From: Candidatus Obscuribacterales bacterium | GTDB lineage: Bacteria > Cyanobacteriota > Vampirovibrionia > Obscuribacterales > Obscuribacteraceae | Assembly: GCA_965228855.1 (NCBI GenBank) | Contig: CBDDIJ010000002.1 | Coordinates: 448,001 to 512,000, forward strand | Direction: 5' to 3' | DNA length: 64,000 nucleotides | Shown here: positions 63,000 through 64,000 of the stretch, piece by piece | How positions within the stretch are numbered: position 1 is the stretch's first letter | Layout of the letters: each line of letters opens with the position of its first letter | Notes under the pieces: model-generated | Databases searched by the model: none | Seen by the model: only the letters and a program-made list of their open reading frames with translations | What the model was told of the DNA's origin: nothing | Made by a program: the position numbers and the translations under genes

Positions 63000-64000
63000 T
63001 TATTGGAACTGTGGCGGGACAGAGAAAGGAGAGTATCCATCACTGTTTTCAACGTTCCGCATAGAGAAGAACATGACACCCGGCTTCTTGCACTTATTGC
63101 CGTTAACCGTGACCTGGACTTCCTTCATCGAAGGCATATCCGTGATCTCCGGCGTGCGAACGGTGATCGACGAGTCACTTAATGAGAGTATGTCACCAGG
63201 CACGCCGCCGAATGTGACTTTCACCTTGGAAGCATCTTTGCCGAAATTTTTACCGGAGATAGTCATCGTCTGTTCAGACGCGATAGAGACGTGACTGAAT
63301 GAAGAGATCTCTGGATCTGCGCCTAGCTTAAGCGTCATCGCCTTGAATTTTATTCCGGAGGCGGTGATTAATACAGGCACTTCGCCTTTAGTATCAGCCT
63401 TGATACCGTCGGGAACCTTAAACTCAACAGCCTCGGTTGTCGCCGTAGTCACAGTGGCAGCTTTTCCACCAACGGTAATTTGATAGGCTTTGGGCTCCAC
63501 CGGAAGCATTTTCCCAACCGCTTTAACAGTTGCGCCAATCACAGCGGAAGCGGGATTGAGTTCCTTAATCACCGGACTTATTTTAGAGGTCAGGTCCCAG
63601 GTGAAGTATGAACCAGCTTCACCGTAGCACTGGAAAACAATCTGCGTGGAACCAGGTGTAAGCGCGCCGGTCAGGTCCAGCACTAAAGTACTTTTGCCGT
63701 TGAAGCTCTTTTCGTTGAACAGATCTCGCCCGGAAAGGGTGCCGCGAATAGCCCGCATCGGCTTGCCGTTTTCACCGCCGTTGTTTATCGTGAGCGTCAG
63801 GGGAAGCACTTCCTGACCCGGCTTTAGGATAATGTAGTCGGCAAACTGATTCCACTTTCCACCAGTCGCCACATGCTTCAGCGGCTTGACTATGGTCAGA
63901 GTCTTGCTGGTTTTGGCGGTCGTGCCTGCAGCTGCAGGAGTCCCTGTCCCCGTGGTCGTGGTTGTCGTAGTCGTCACTTTCGTGCCGCCATCTTTTGTTT
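63000..64000 (-). CDS. IPT/TIG-domain protein (5' end beyond the window)
   Basis: Two P.I....P/H....G....I.G.NF.......V.FGG-type repeats; Thr-rich linker; frame open to the window edge. Confidence 0.8.
   Translation of the reverse strand, partial: TKDGGTKVTTTTTTTTGTGTPAAAGTTAKTSKTLTIVKPLKHVATGGKWNQFADYIILKPGQEVLPLTLTINNGGENGKPMRAIRGTLSGRDLFNEKSFNGKSTLVLDLTGALTPGSTQIVFQCYGEAGSYFTWDLTSKISPVIKELNPASAVIGATVKAVGKMLPVEPKAYQITVGGKAATVTTATTEAVEFKVPDGIKADTKGEVPVLITASGIKFKAMTLKLGADPEISSFSHVSIASEQTMTISGKNFGKDASKVKVTFGGVPGDILSLSDSSITVRTPEITDMPSMKEVQVTVNGNKCKKPGVMFFSMRNVENSDGYSPFSVPPQFQ

Overview
Bacterial chromosomal window; the housekeeping genes look cyanobacteria-related, possibly a non-photosynthetic Melainabacteria/Vampirovibrionia-type genome (inference only). 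It is a mosaic of moderate-GC core genes and 11 mostly GC-rich gene blocks. Core genes: ABC-2 exporter, fbaB, mce, TPR protein, rfaE2, Gfo/Idh/MocA oxidoreductase, frameshifted prfB, IPT/TIG protein. Block cargo: two convergent paralogous vWA-TPR-vWA-MoxR-DUF58-X-S41-S41 operons, a catalase-like gene beside an alpha-dioxygenase/caleosin-like fusion, a PrkA-PrkA-YeaH-SpoVR operon, a PP2C phosphatase, a GT4 glycosyltransferase and hypotheticals. The main observation is non-coding. Every one of these blocks ends in the same 3' architecture: a stem-loop, then a CTACTATA-type box, then usually 67-92 bp, then a 52-bp fixed-spacing dyad TGTCTAY-N7-TGACG-N14-CGTCA-N7-RTAGACA. There are six such loci (seven full dyads), five serving two convergent blocks, with tandem duplications that start at the box and end at variable points. 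No recombinase, transposase or reverse transcriptase is recognisable in the window, so the mechanism and any trans-acting factor are unknown.
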